Positions 19,471 to 30,007 of a DNA stretch of 64,000 nt are shown piece after piece. Origin of the DNA: an uncultured Bacteroidales bacterium (GTDB taxonomy: Bacteria > Bacteroidota > Bacteroidia > Bacteroidales > GCA-2748055); assembly GCA_963710385.1 (NCBI GenBank), contig CAVQAB010000011.1, positions 65,382 through 129,381 on the forward strand. The letters run 5' to 3'. The notes under the pieces are model-generated. The model was not told the DNA's origin, ran no database searches, and saw only the letters and a program-made list of their open reading frames with translations. The number at the start of each line of letters is the position of its first letter. Position 1 is the first letter of the stretch. A program made the position numbers and the translations under genes.

Positions 19471-20317
19471 GGGGGGTACTGGAAAAACTTCCATCACTGC
19501 GGCATTAGGTTCCATAACCAGTGCGGCAGTTTTCTGTGACAATGATGTTGATGCAGCTGATTTACATCTGATTATGAAACCGGTAATCAGGGAGGAACAT
19601 CTATATTCCGGAGGAAGGAAAGCTTCCATTGATCAAACCAGCTGCATCGATTGCGGGATCTGCACCGATCATTGCCGGTTCGATGCAATACACCTCGACA
19701 GCCTCGGTAAACTTGAAATCAATCCATTTAAATGTGAAGGTTGCCGGTTATGTGAAAGACTTTGTCCTGTTCAGGCAATCACATCAGTCCAAAGTACCAA
19801 TAATAGCTGGTACGTATCTGATACTCGATTCGGCACACTGGTCCATGCAAAAATGGGACCAGGTGAAGAAAATTCCGGAAAATTGGTTTCAGTAGTACGT
19901 AAGCGAGCCCGGGAACTGGCCATGGAAGGAAACGCCAGATACCTGATCAATGATGGCCCACCGGGTATTGGATGTGCTGCCATATCCTCCCTTTCAGGAA
20001 CGGACCTGGTCATCATGGTAATTGAATCCACCATTTCCGGGTTACATGATGCCAAACGTCTGCATGAGCTTATCCAATCATTTTCTATACCCACTTATGC
20101 ACTTCTGAACAAATTTGATATTAATCCGTCAAGTACTGCAGAAATTGAAGAATACCTTAAGGATATGTCTATTCCTCTTATTGGAAAAATTCCATTTGAT
20201 AAACGTATGGTCAACGCAATGATAGAAGGCAAAACCATTGTAGAATTCAACGACCTGATCGAACCATCAAAAGTAATCATTGAGGCCTGGAAAAAAATAG
20301 AACATTACCTAATATAA
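19442..20317 (+). CDS. MinD/Mrp-type P-loop ATPase with an inserted 2x[4Fe-4S] ferredoxin domain (paralog 2)
   Basis: The deviant Walker A is SGKGGTGKTS. The Cys motifs are CIDCGICTDHC and CEGCRLCERLC. The Walker B-like segment is YLINDGPPG. It overlaps the previous gene by 29 nt. Confidence 0.8.
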   Translation: MKEITILSGKGGTGKTSITAALGSITSAAVFCDNDVDAADLHLIMKPVIREEHLYSGGRKASIDQTSCIDCGICTDHCRFDAIHLDSLGKLEINPFKCEGCRLCERLCPVQAITSVQSTNNSWYVSDTRFGTLVHAKMGPGEENSGKLVSVVRKRARELAMEGNARYLINDGPPGIGCAAISSLSGTDLVIMVIESTISGLHDAKRLHELIQSFSIPTYALLNKFDINPSSTAEIEEYLKDMSIPLIGKIPFDKRMVNAMIEGKTIVEFNDLIEPSKVIIEAWKKIEHYLI

Positions 20318-20388
20318 GATATCATGGAAACCAATATTGCATTTGCACTTAACCAGAATGGTTCCTCTGATAACCTGATACAAAAAAT

Positions 20389-21042
20389 ATGAAGAAAGAA
20401 AAAATTTATCCGGATTCTGGAGTAGAGCTTAGTCCTTTTGTATCCAGGAATTATGACAGGATCATGGCTATTGCATCTATGGGACATTATCCGAAATCTA
20501 TCATCCAGGCAGTCAAGGACATGGAAATCAAGCCGAATGACCATATTCTCGACCTGGGATGCGGGACCGGATATAATACCAGTTTAATGGCTTCCCATTT
20601 AGACGAAAGGGGAACTATTAATGGACTGGACATTTCTGATGAAATGGCCCTTCAATTCCAAGCCCGGTTTTCTGAGGATAATCGCATCTCTTTTCAAAAT
20701 CAGCGCATCGATATTCCTTTTCAATTGAAAAAAAAATTCGATAAGATATTTATAGGATTTGTGATCCATGGCTTCCCCCATCATGTTCGTCAGGCTGTGA
20801 TTGAGAACGTATATAAGCATCTTGAAGCAGGTGGTGCATTCTATATTCTCGATTTTGCTGAATTTGATATGAATTCTATGCCCTTCCACCATCGCGCAAT
20901 CTTCAAAGCAGTCGAATGTAAATATGCTTTCGATTACATCGAGCGTGACTGGAAATCCATTTTAAAGGAAAAAGGATTTAATGAATTCACTGAGCATTTT
21001 TATCTGAAAAAGTACATGAGGTTACTAAAAGCTGTAAAATAG
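20389..21042 (+). CDS. Class I SAM-dependent methyltransferase
   Basis: 217 aa with motif I ILDLGCGTGYNT and a post-I acidic residue (GLDISDEM). Confidence 0.7.
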   Translation: MKKEKIYPDSGVELSPFVSRNYDRIMAIASMGHYPKSIIQAVKDMEIKPNDHILDLGCGTGYNTSLMASHLDERGTINGLDISDEMALQFQARFSEDNRISFQNQRIDIPFQLKKKFDKIFIGFVIHGFPHHVRQAVIENVYKHLEAGGAFYILDFAEFDMNSMPFHHRAIFKAVECKYAFDYIERDWKSILKEKGFNEFTEHFYLKKYMRLLKAVK

Positions 21043-21129
21043 AACCCGATGGTGAAACGAATTATCATAGCCATACTTATTATAGTATGTGCTCAATTAA
21101 ATACACTAAGTCAAAGCAAAAAACTCATA

Positions 21130-21615
21130 ATGAAATATGAACCAATTGGAATAATTCATTCAGATTATTCCCCGGAAACAGGTGCCCCGCGACAGGGAAT
21201 CCTGGTAGCTGACAATTCCGGAACCGTTGAAATATTTCCGGAATACAGGCAGGCACTAACAACACTTGATAGTTTCGAATATATAATTCTGATCTATCAT
21301 TTCGACAAGGTAGAATCATGGGATCCTCTGGTCAAACCTCCAGCATCGGACCATGATTATAAATTTGGTCTTTTCGCTACGCGGAGCCCAAGGCGGCCCA
21401 ATCCAATCGGATTTTCCGTGATCAAGCTCGACAAAATCGAGTCAGGCATATTATATGTCAAAGGCTTGGATGCATTCGAGGGAACACCAGTCCTGGATAT
21501 TAAACCTTACCTGCCGTCCATCGACTGTGTGAAAAGCATGCAAAATGATTCCATGGAACACAGGTTGGGGCATCATGATGAGATCTTTATAAGGAATTCA
21601 TCTTTTTATAAATAG
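21130..21615 (+). CDS. tsaA: TsaA/YaeB (TrmO)-like SAM-binding beta-barrel domain protein
   Basis: MKYEPIGIIHSDY...PRQG...VEIFPEYRQALTTLDSFEYIILIYHFD...RSPRRPNPIGFSVIKL...GLDAFEGTPVLDIKPY is the UPF0066/TsaA pattern. The ATG at 21130 is preferred over the ORF-track start at 21049. Confidence 0.7.
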   Translation: MKYEPIGIIHSDYSPETGAPRQGILVADNSGTVEIFPEYRQALTTLDSFEYIILIYHFDKVESWDPLVKPPASDHDYKFGLFATRSPRRPNPIGFSVIKLDKIESGILYVKGLDAFEGTPVLDIKPYLPSIDCVKSMQNDSMEHRLGHHDEIFIRNSSFYK

Positions 21616-21736
21616 CAAATGAAACTTACTGTGCTCACAGAAGAATAAATCCCGACTAAAAGTTATAAATTATTTGATTAACTTATTTTCAAAAGTAACC
21701 TGTTAAGTTCTCGAACATTTATTATTTATACTCAAC

Positions 21737-24700
21737 ATGCTCAACCGTATTATCAGTTCCAGTATCAAGCATAAGTTTATTACCATACTGATCACCATCT
21801 CCATCGCCGGGTTTGGCGTGTTTGCCCTGTTCCAGATTCCCCTGGGAGCCGTACCCGATATCACCAACAACCAGGTGCAGGTGATCACCACATCTGACAA
21901 CCTGTCGACCCAGGATGTGGAACAGTTCATTACCTATCCTGTGGAACTTGAGATGTCGAACTTGCCCGGGGTTACAGAGATACGTTCGATCTCAAAATTC
22001 GGCCTTTCGGTGGTTACCATCGTGTTTGAAGACAAGATGGGCACCTACCTTCCCCGACAGCTGATTGCTGAAAAAATAAAGAATGCATCCGCTAATATCC
22101 CCGAGGGTTTTGGTACACCCGAGATGGGTCCAATCACCACCGGACTTGGGGAAATATATCAGTACATCCTGGATACAAAACCAGGATATGAGGATAAATA
22201 CTCAATTATGGAGCTTCGAACCATTCAGGACTGGATCGTGAAGAGGCAGCTTTCAGGGATCCCCGGAGTAGTGGAAGTAAACACTTGGGGAGGGTACCTG
22301 AAGCAATACGAGGTGTCAATAAACCCTGAACGAATCAAGGGATTGGGAATATCATTGCTGGAAGTATACGACGCAATCAGTCAAAATAACAGCGTGGCCG
22401 GGGGTGCCTATATTGAAAAGCAGAATCAGAGTTACTTCATCAGGGGTGATGGACTGGTAAAATCACTCGAGGATATAGAAAACATTGTCATCAGGAATAC
22501 CAAAGGAGTACCCATTTTGATTAAGGATGTCGCCACGGTCCGATTCGGCAGTGCTAACCGGTTCGGAGCCATCACTGCCAACGGCGAAGGCGAGAAGGTG
22601 CTTGGGCAGATCATGATGCTGAAAGATGCCAACTCGAATAAAGTGATCGAAGCAACGAAAAAGCGTGTAGCCGAAGTACAGAAAACCCTTCCTGAAGGAG
22701 TTTTTATCAACCCTATCCTCGAGCGAAGTGAACTGATCCAGAAGACCTCCCTGACTGTGTTTGAGAACCTTCTTTTCGGGTGTCTGATTGTCTTCTTCAT
22801 TGTGGTCCTGCTGCTGGGGAACCTGCGTTCGGGGTTGGTCATTGCCTCACTTATACCACTTTCTCTTCTTTTTACAATATCAATGATGTATATTTTCGGG
22901 ATCGATGCCAACCTGATGAGCCTGGGAGCCCTCGACTTTGGGATTATTATTGACGGGGCGGTAATTATCGTTGAATTCATTGCCATTCGACTTACCGTGA
23001 ACAGGGACGAGCTGGTTGCGGCAAGCGGTGAGGAGCGACAGTCCATCATGGATCGGGTTACCTTCAATGGAGCGTCAAAAATGATGAATTCCGCGATCTT
23101 CGGACAGGTAATTATTCTTATTGTTTTTATTCCTGTTCTCTCACTGAGCGGGGTTGAAGGAAAGATGTTTCGTCCGATGGCCCTGTCATTCAGCTTTGCC
23201 CTCCTGGGTGCCATGTTCTTCGGACTTACCTGGTTGCCTGTGGCCTCTTCCCTTTTTCTGAGACCTGAAAAGGAGAAGCAATTTTTAATCAGCCGCCATC
23301 TTATGAATCTGATTTATCGATCTTACGACCCGGTGATTAGATGGTCCTATGACCACAAAAAAGTGATCCTTGGAATGGCCGCAGCATCACTGATCTTCAC
23401 CGGATTGATTTTCTCAAGGATGGGTGGTGAATTTGTACCAACGCTTGATGAAGGCGATTTTGTGATCCAGCCTGTGCTAAAGACAGGTACATCTCTTTCA
23501 CAGACGGTTGAAATGACCACCCAGATGGAAAATATCCTGATCGCCCAGTTCCCTGAAGTGGATCAGATTGTATGCAGAATCGGTGCTGCTGAGGTGCCTA
23601 CCGACCCAATGTCGATGGAAGAAATTGATATGATTATCAAGCTGAAACCAAAGGAGGAATGGGTATCGGCAGATAGCAAAGAAGAGCTGGCCGATAGATT
23701 TAAAGAGGCGCTTCTGGTGATTCCGGGGATCGATTATGAGTTCACACAGCCCATCGAAATGCGCTTCAACGAGTTGATTACCGGTGTGCGTGCTGACCTG
23801 GCCATCAAAATATTCGGCGAAGACCTCACCATCCTTAATGAAACAGCGATAGAGGTCAAACGTTTAATTGACGGAGTCCCGGGGGCAGCCGATGTGATCC
23901 TTGAGAAAACAGCCGGTCTGCCACAGATGAGCGTGAAGTATATGCGTAATAAGGTAGCTTATTACGGGCTCTCCATTGAAGATCTGAACAGATACCTCAC
24001 CATGGCGTTTGGTGGTGAGATCGCTGGCAGCGTTTTTGAAGGTGAGAAACGGTTTGACCTGGTGGCGAGACTTCAGCCGGAATACCGCAACGATATTGAA
24101 CACATTAGGAACCTCCATGTGAGTTTGCCCAATGGGAATCAGGTACCCCTGAAAGAGCTGGCTGATATTGAATATGCCACTGGTCCGGCTAAAATCTCCC
24201 GGGATGATACCCATCGAAGGGTGGTAGTGAGTGTAAATGTGAGGAATCGTGACCTGGAATCTGTGGTGAATGATATTGAAGAGATCATTGACAAAAACCT
24301 TGTCCTGCAGTCAGGATATTATATTGATTATGGAGGTCAATTCGAGAACCTTCGAAATGCATCAAGGCGACTGAAAATTGCTGTACCTATTGCCCTGTTG
24401 CTGATCTTTATCTTCCTTCACTTTGCTTTTAAGTCATTTAAAGAAGCGGTGATGGTCTTCTCGGCAGTTCCTCTCTCTATCGTAGGAGGTGTCTTCCTGC
24501 TATGGATCAGGGGCATGCCGTTTAGCATTTCGGCAGGGATCGGCTTTATCGCCCTCTTTGGAATAGCCGTCCTTAACGGGATTGTTTTGATCGAACATCT
24601 GAAGGATCTAAAGAAACAGGGGATTTCTGACATGCGTGAGCGTATCCTCAAGGGAACTCGCGAACGTCTCCGGGCTGTCATGCTTACAGCCTCTGCTGCG

Positions 24701-26102
24701 GCCCTTGGTTTTCTTCCCATGGCTATCTCCCAATCAGCCGGTGCAGAAGTTCAGCGACCGCTGGCGACTGTCGTTATTGGCGGACTGGTTACTTCTACCC
24801 TTCTTACCATGCTGGCCCTGCCGTTGCTCTACGCCATTTTTGACGGTGTTACCGGTATACAGCTCTGGCCCCTAAAGTTCAAGAGGAAGAAGATCGCACC
24901 GGTGATCCTGCTGTTGTTAATGCCTGCATTTGGAATCGCCCAGTCCACAGAGAATTCACCAGACCAACCAGCAATATTAACTATTTCCGATGCACTGGAG
25001 ATCACCTACCAGAACAGCAAAAAGCTGGCTGCCTACAGATCGAAAGTGGATGAAAACAAAGCGCTTATCAGGACAGCATTTTCCATTGATAAAACGACCC
25101 TATATTACAATTATGACGAAAACAACATTGCAGATAACAACTACCCTATCGGGGTTTTCGGGGCCGAACAACGGTTTGATTTTCCGACCCTCTATTTTGC
25201 GCAGCGCGAGTCAAATATAATTACATCGGACATGGCCCAGGATGAGTTTGAGAAGGCGAAACGGGTACTCACGAAGGATGTTTCAATTGCATATTACAGG
25301 GTCGTATTCCTGGAGAATAACCAGAAACAGTACCGCCTGATAGACAGCATCTATACACGTTTTTCTGATGTGGCAGAATTCAGCTTTAACCAGGGAGAGA
25401 TCTCCTACCTTGAGATGCTGAATGCACAGTCAAAGCATGACCAGGTAAAAATCCTGCTGAACCAGCTTCAGGATGATATTGATATCGCAGTTGCTAACCT
25501 GGCAGCTCTGATGCATTATGACAGCCTTTTTACCATTCCTGTCCAGCCCCTGGTGGAGTTGGCAACTGAATTCCAGGGGTGTCGATTCTGACCCCGGGCT
25601 AGCATATATGCAACACGCCATGCTGTTGCAAGATGCTTCAATAAAGGTAGAAAAGAGCCGGCTCCTGCCGGATGTGACACTCGGTTATTTCAATGGCACA
25701 AACAATTATTCGGGATCCAGAAACTATCAGGGTTTCCAGGTAGGTGTGGGCATTCCGCTATTTTTCTCAGAGCAGCGGGCAAAAATAAAAGCAGGGCAAT
25801 ATGCAAGGGAGGCTGAAATGAACCTGCATGCCAATTACATACGGGTGTATGAGAACAAAGCAGCTGAGATGATGAAAGGGCTTGAGAAGTACAGGGAGTC
25901 CATTCTTTATTACCAGGATGCAGGGAAACACCTGGCGACTGAGCTGATCAGGTCTGCGCAGAAAAGCTTTGCTGCAGGGGAGATCGATTTTTTCAGGTTT
26001 GTCCAGAGTATCGATGCTGCAGTAGAGATCGAACTGAACTACCTTGATAACCTTTTTAAGTACAACGAGGCGGTGCTTAATATCAATTTCCTGACATTAT
26101 AA
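21737..26102 (+). pseudogene. CusA/CzcA-type heavy-metal RND pump fused in frame to a TolC-like outer membrane factor (about 1455 aa); one frame disruption in the TolC part as assembled
   Basis: The RND body has 12 TM segments (about 1040 aa), for example MLNRIISSSIKHKFITILITISIAG... and ...LLTMLALPLLYAIFDG. It continues without a stop into KFKRKKIAPVILLLLMPAFGIAQS (signal-peptide-like) and TolC-like repeats (ALEITYQNSKKLAAYRSKVDENKA...). The frame changes from 2 to 3 at about 25575, giving ...ATEFQG|VDSDPGLAYMQHAMLLQDASIKVEKSRLLPDV. Confidence 0.75.
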
Positions 26103-26121
26103 AAATAACACAATCATACAG

Positions 26122-27261
26122 ATGAAACGGACTATGAAATATATTTGGCTGACTGGCATTGTTCCAATGCTTCTTTTCGCAATCTCCTGCCATAACCAGA
26201 CTGGCAGTTTGACAGAGGAGCCTGGAGAAATGGAATCAGGGGAAATTCTGATTACCAGGGCGCAATTTGAATCTTCGGGGATGAGACTGGGTGCTCCGGT
26301 GTCAACGATGTTTCAACAGCATGTCAGTGCCAATGGGTATATAGTTGCCTCCCCCGGAGGTACAGCCCAGATCGGTTCGCTGATCCCCGGCAGGGTAAAG
26401 CAGATTTACCTGACAGTTGGGGATTATGTAAAGAATGGCCAGCCGCTCTTCACCCTGGAGGGTAACGAGATCATTTTGATTCAACAGCTATATGCCGAAT
26501 CGTATTACCAGCAAATTGCACTGAAAGCCAATTATGAACGGCAGAAATCACTTGCAAATGAGCAGGTTACCTCTCAGAAGGATTTTATCAATACCGAAAG
26601 CGAATACAGGAGCCTCCTTGCAAAGGTTACGGGTCTTCGGGCGCAGTTAAGGATGATCAATATTGATCCCGCGATGATTGAGAAGGGTAACATTAGCCCT
26701 GTTGCTACAATCTATTCCCCAATCCAGGGATATTTGACAAGACAGGATCTGGTGCTGGGTCAATATGTTGAACCACAGATGATGGTGATGGAAGTTATAA
26801 ATCCCGATCAATTTCGACTTAATATAGAGGTCTTCGAAAAAGACCTGAAAGACATGGTCATTGGTCAGCAGGTGATCTTCTATGACCCTGTGGACAGGAA
26901 CCGGATGTTTAAAGCAACCCTCAGTCATATCGGTAAATCACTCAATCCCGAGACAAAGACTGTCCAATGCATTGCCCAGCTGAGTCCTGCTGACAGAAGG
27001 ACTTTCGTTGATAATATGTTCGTCGAAGCCGAAATTATCACCTGTTTCCGAGAGGCCCTGGCCATCCCAAGTGAAGCGTTGAAGAAGGAGGAGGACCGGT
27101 ATTTTGTGCTGGTAAAAGTAGATGAAAAGGAAGGTAAATTAATCTTACGTAAAACCCCGGTACGAATAGGAGTTGTAATGGAGGAGTTTGCCGAAGTATT
27201 GGATGAGGGAGCAAAGGATATACTTGTTGAAGGCGCATATAATTTATCGACTGTTTGGTGA
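26122..27261 (+). CDS. Efflux RND periplasmic adaptor (CzcB/HlyD-type membrane fusion protein)
   Basis: 379 aa with a lipoprotein-like signal (LLFAISC). The lipoyl/barrel-sandwich pattern is GRVKQIYLTVGDYVKNGQPLFTLEG ... IYSPIQGYL. It lies directly downstream of the pump. Confidence 0.8.
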   Translation: MKRTMKYIWLTGIVPMLLFAISCHNQTGSLTEEPGEMESGEILITRAQFESSGMRLGAPVSTMFQQHVSANGYIVASPGGTAQIGSLIPGRVKQIYLTVGDYVKNGQPLFTLEGNEIILIQQLYAESYYQQIALKANYERQKSLANEQVTSQKDFINTESEYRSLLAKVTGLRAQLRMINIDPAMIEKGNISPVATIYSPIQGYLTRQDLVLGQYVEPQMMVMEVINPDQFRLNIEVFEKDLKDMVIGQQVIFYDPVDRNRMFKATLSHIGKSLNPETKTVQCIAQLSPADRRTFVDNMFVEAEIITCFREALAIPSEALKKEEDRYFVLVKVDEKEGKLILRKTPVRIGVVMEEFAEVLDEGAKDILVEGAYNLSTVW

Positions 27262-27451
27262 CCATACGTGAATGTATGATGAAGTTCAGAATTCACTTAA
27301 ATCAAACAAGTTAGATAAGGAGGATCGATTCAATCGATTGTCCTTCATATAAAAATCGTCTTAAGATTGAAGTGAAATAAACATCATCCCGAGAAATAGG
27401 ATGATTAAAGAGAGGCTGTCAGGTCAGTCTAGCTGGAAAATGACTCAGGTA

Positions 27452-29216
27452 TCAGTAATGTGTATGATTTGTAAGCTTGTGCCTGAGCAAATCAGGATCT
27501 ATGGTTTTAGGATCACGGAGCCTGACATCCGGAGCACCATATACCCTTAACCAGCCTGCACCCAGGGTGATGACCTCATCCACACCATTCCCTGTAAAAT
27601 CAAACATATGGAAGACTGGTTCCGGAAAATAGAGCTTGCCCTTTCCCTCTCCGGTGATCCTGAACCGCCCCCAGAACAATACATCCTTCCCGTTTCCCAG
27701 CCAGTCTCCCTTTACAAAATCCGGATTACCTGAAATGGGATTAGCCGGCCATTTGGAGAGGAAATTGCCCTGCTTGTCAAACCAGTGAACTTCGGCTGTG
27801 AGACGGCCCTGCCTGGCATTCCTGGGTCCGTAATACCGGGCATTAACAGCGATATGGGGACCAGGAATGTCAAGGAAATCTCCCGATTCGATCTGCTGGC
27901 TGTGTTCTGCGACGTGGTGCCAGAGGATCCGGCCGGTAAGTGCCTCAAAGATAACTACCCCCAGGTCACTCATGGCTGCCAGGACCTCAGGTAAGCCATC
28001 CCCGTTGATATCTGCAAAGCGGTAGCTATCCGCATGATCATGATTGTCATTGAAAAGATCGAAACGGTCCCAGAGGACCTCTCCCTTTGAATTCAGTACA
28101 AAGGGACTCAGCACTATTTCGTCGATCCCGTCCCCATCCAAATCAACAGGATAGGGATAATGCCCGAGATGATCCTTCATCCTCTCTTCATCATGCTGCC
28201 AGAGTATTTCAAGTTCAGGAGTATAGGCCGTCACTGATTTAGTATTCCCTGGATCGGTAAATACAATGATGTTATCCGGATAGCCCGGATGCAGTTTCCC
28301 GATGGCTATCCTGAAATTATTGTAGACATGGGGAAGCTCCGGGCAGGGCCATTCCACCCTTCGTATGATCTCCCCTGTCGATCCATCAGCCACTACCAGC
28401 CACTCTTTCCCCTCCATAAAACGCCAGTGAATCACCTCTGCCAGGCCATCCTGATCAAGATCCCATATGGCTCCCGGTCCTTCAAACTCGGCCCTCAGCC
28501 TGGTCCCTTCTTCAGGTGATTCGTATCTCCATAATTCCTCTCCTTCAAAATTGTAGGCTGTGGCAGTGTAATCAGGACTTAGCACAACAAAATCCATTCT
28601 TCCATCGCCATCAAGGTCCCCGAACTTTACAGTGTTGACTCTCCCAAGCTCGTATTCCTTCAGTAATTCAACTTCAGCCTGGTACTGGTGTTCCCTTAGG
28701 TCCTCTTCCTTGAAGTTTTCATCCATGGTAAGAACCAGAACATCGAATACCGGGTCTCTGTGTATCCTCGTAAGCCAGACAGTCTCTTCCCCTTTAATAA
28801 GGTCCATGGTACCAGCGTGCTTCCAGCTTACAATACTGTCACATAGGATCGGATCTGTTATTTTTTCTCCGACGGCAACTTTAAGGGAGCTTCCTGAAGG
28901 CCCAACTGTTCTTACAAATAGATGATAGGTACCGGATTCCGGGATATGCACCCGGGTCTGAAGGTTGACACTTCCCTGCATGGTGGCTCTTTGTCCGAGT
29001 TCAATGGCAGAATTATTGAACAACCAGGCTCCGTCCAATCGACGATTGTCCATGAAGGTATGTTCCCTTGCCAGATGGTCGATCAGGTCCGAGGCATCCA
29101 CGACAATTACAGGTGATGGTTCCAACGGTATTTTCCGTATTCCCATTGGGGGTACAAGACCGGTTCGAAAGAGCAAACAGGAGAATCAGTGTGAACAGGA
29201 AAGAAGCTTTTGGCAT
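27452..29216 (-). pseudogene. FG-GAP repeat beta-propeller protein with an N-terminal beta-sandwich (CBM-like) domain; the signal peptide is in a different frame as assembled
   Basis: FG-GAP/Ca-binding repeats are present: FGDLDGDGRMDFVV, WDLDQDGLAEVI, VDLDGDGIDEIV, ADINGDGLPEVL, FDFTGNGVDEVI. The ATG at 29216 gives MPKASFLFTLILLFALSNRSC. A +1 shift is needed at about 29110-29150 to join ...LEPSPVIVVDASDL. Confidence 0.65.
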
Positions 29217-29343
29217 GGCGCAATTTCAGATACCACAATATAAAACAATACAACAGTGAATACACTTTATAATGTCTAAAAATTGGTATGTTTATAAAAG
29301 GGTAAATCTTCAATTAAACCAATATTCTTAAATACCAGAAAGC

Positions 29344-29982
29344 ATGAAAACAATATTCGTCTCCATGGTCATGATGCTGACAATTGCCAGCTGCACACAA
29401 AAAAAAGAGTCCCTGTTCAATGGGATAGATCTCAAGGATTGGATCATTTTTGTGGATGATCAGAATATGAATCCCGAAGATTTTTTCTATGTGAAAGATG
29501 GCGTCATTGAAACGGTTGGTGTACCCAACGGGTATATCAGGACAAAAAAGAGCTATTCAAATTACAAGTTGCACATCGAATGGCGCTATCCTGAAGAACC
29601 CACGAACAGTGGAGTTTTCTTGCATACCACTGAACCTGATAAAATCTGGATCGCCCATTACCAGGCGCAGCTAAAACATGAAAATGCAGGTGATTTTATT
29701 GTGCATGGTGTCGGGGTTCGCGCCACCATTGGAGACAGCGTTTGTGTTTCAACAGAGGATGTGAAACCACTGATAGCCAAAATGCATGATTCCAATGAGA
29801 ATAAAGCAGGTGAATGGAACAGTTATGACATCACGTGCAGGGGAAATACCATTGAACTAAAAGTGAACGGATTGCTTCAGAATATAGCCACCAACTGTTC
29901 CTTAACTGAAGGCGCCATCGGAATGCAGGCCGAAGGATCAAAAATTCAATTCCGTAATTTGTGGATTGAAGAAATTAAGTAA
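29344..29982 (+). CDS. DUF1080 (3-keto-disaccharide hydrolase-like, concanavalin fold) lipoprotein
   Basis: 212 aa with the lipobox TIASC. LFNGIDLKDW...GYIRTKKSYSNYKLHIEWRY...NSGVFLH... is typical of DUF1080. Confidence 0.7.
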   Translation: MKTIFVSMVMMLTIASCTQKKESLFNGIDLKDWIIFVDDQNMNPEDFFYVKDGVIETVGVPNGYIRTKKSYSNYKLHIEWRYPEEPTNSGVFLHTTEPDKIWIAHYQAQLKHENAGDFIVHGVGVRATIGDSVCVSTEDVKPLIAKMHDSNENKAGEWNSYDITCRGNTIELKVNGLLQNIATNCSLTEGAIGMQAEGSKIQFRNLWIEEIK

Positions 29983-30007
29983 TTCTCATTTCGGGCTTTT
30001 CATTCAT

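Noticed and set aside
21049-21129. An apparent N-terminal signal peptide (MVKRIIIAILIIVCAQLNTLSQ) on the TsaA/TrmO-like protein.
   Set aside because: The family normally starts at the M..PIG.I.S motif, which is found at the ATG at 21130. A cytoplasmic SAM-binding domain with a secretion signal is implausible, so this is most likely an upstream ORF extension. Residual doubt remains, and N-terminal proteomics would settle it.
22432-23214. A 260-aa minus-strand ORF inside the CzcA gene. Similar long antisense ORFs occur at 30359..31060, 15538..16095, 11857..12372, 58866..59345, 44292..44765, 16305..16802 and 8226..8651.
   Set aside because: Each lies wholly within a strongly supported gene on the opposite strand. 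They have low-complexity Ser/Arg/Pro-rich composition, no recognisable motifs and no independent start context. These are typical shadow ORFs.
27262-27300. A weak hairpin (GTGAAT-N17-ATTCAC) after the RND adaptor gene, considered as a terminator.
   Set aside because: The stem is only 6 bp, the loop is long, and no U-tract follows. It is not convincing.
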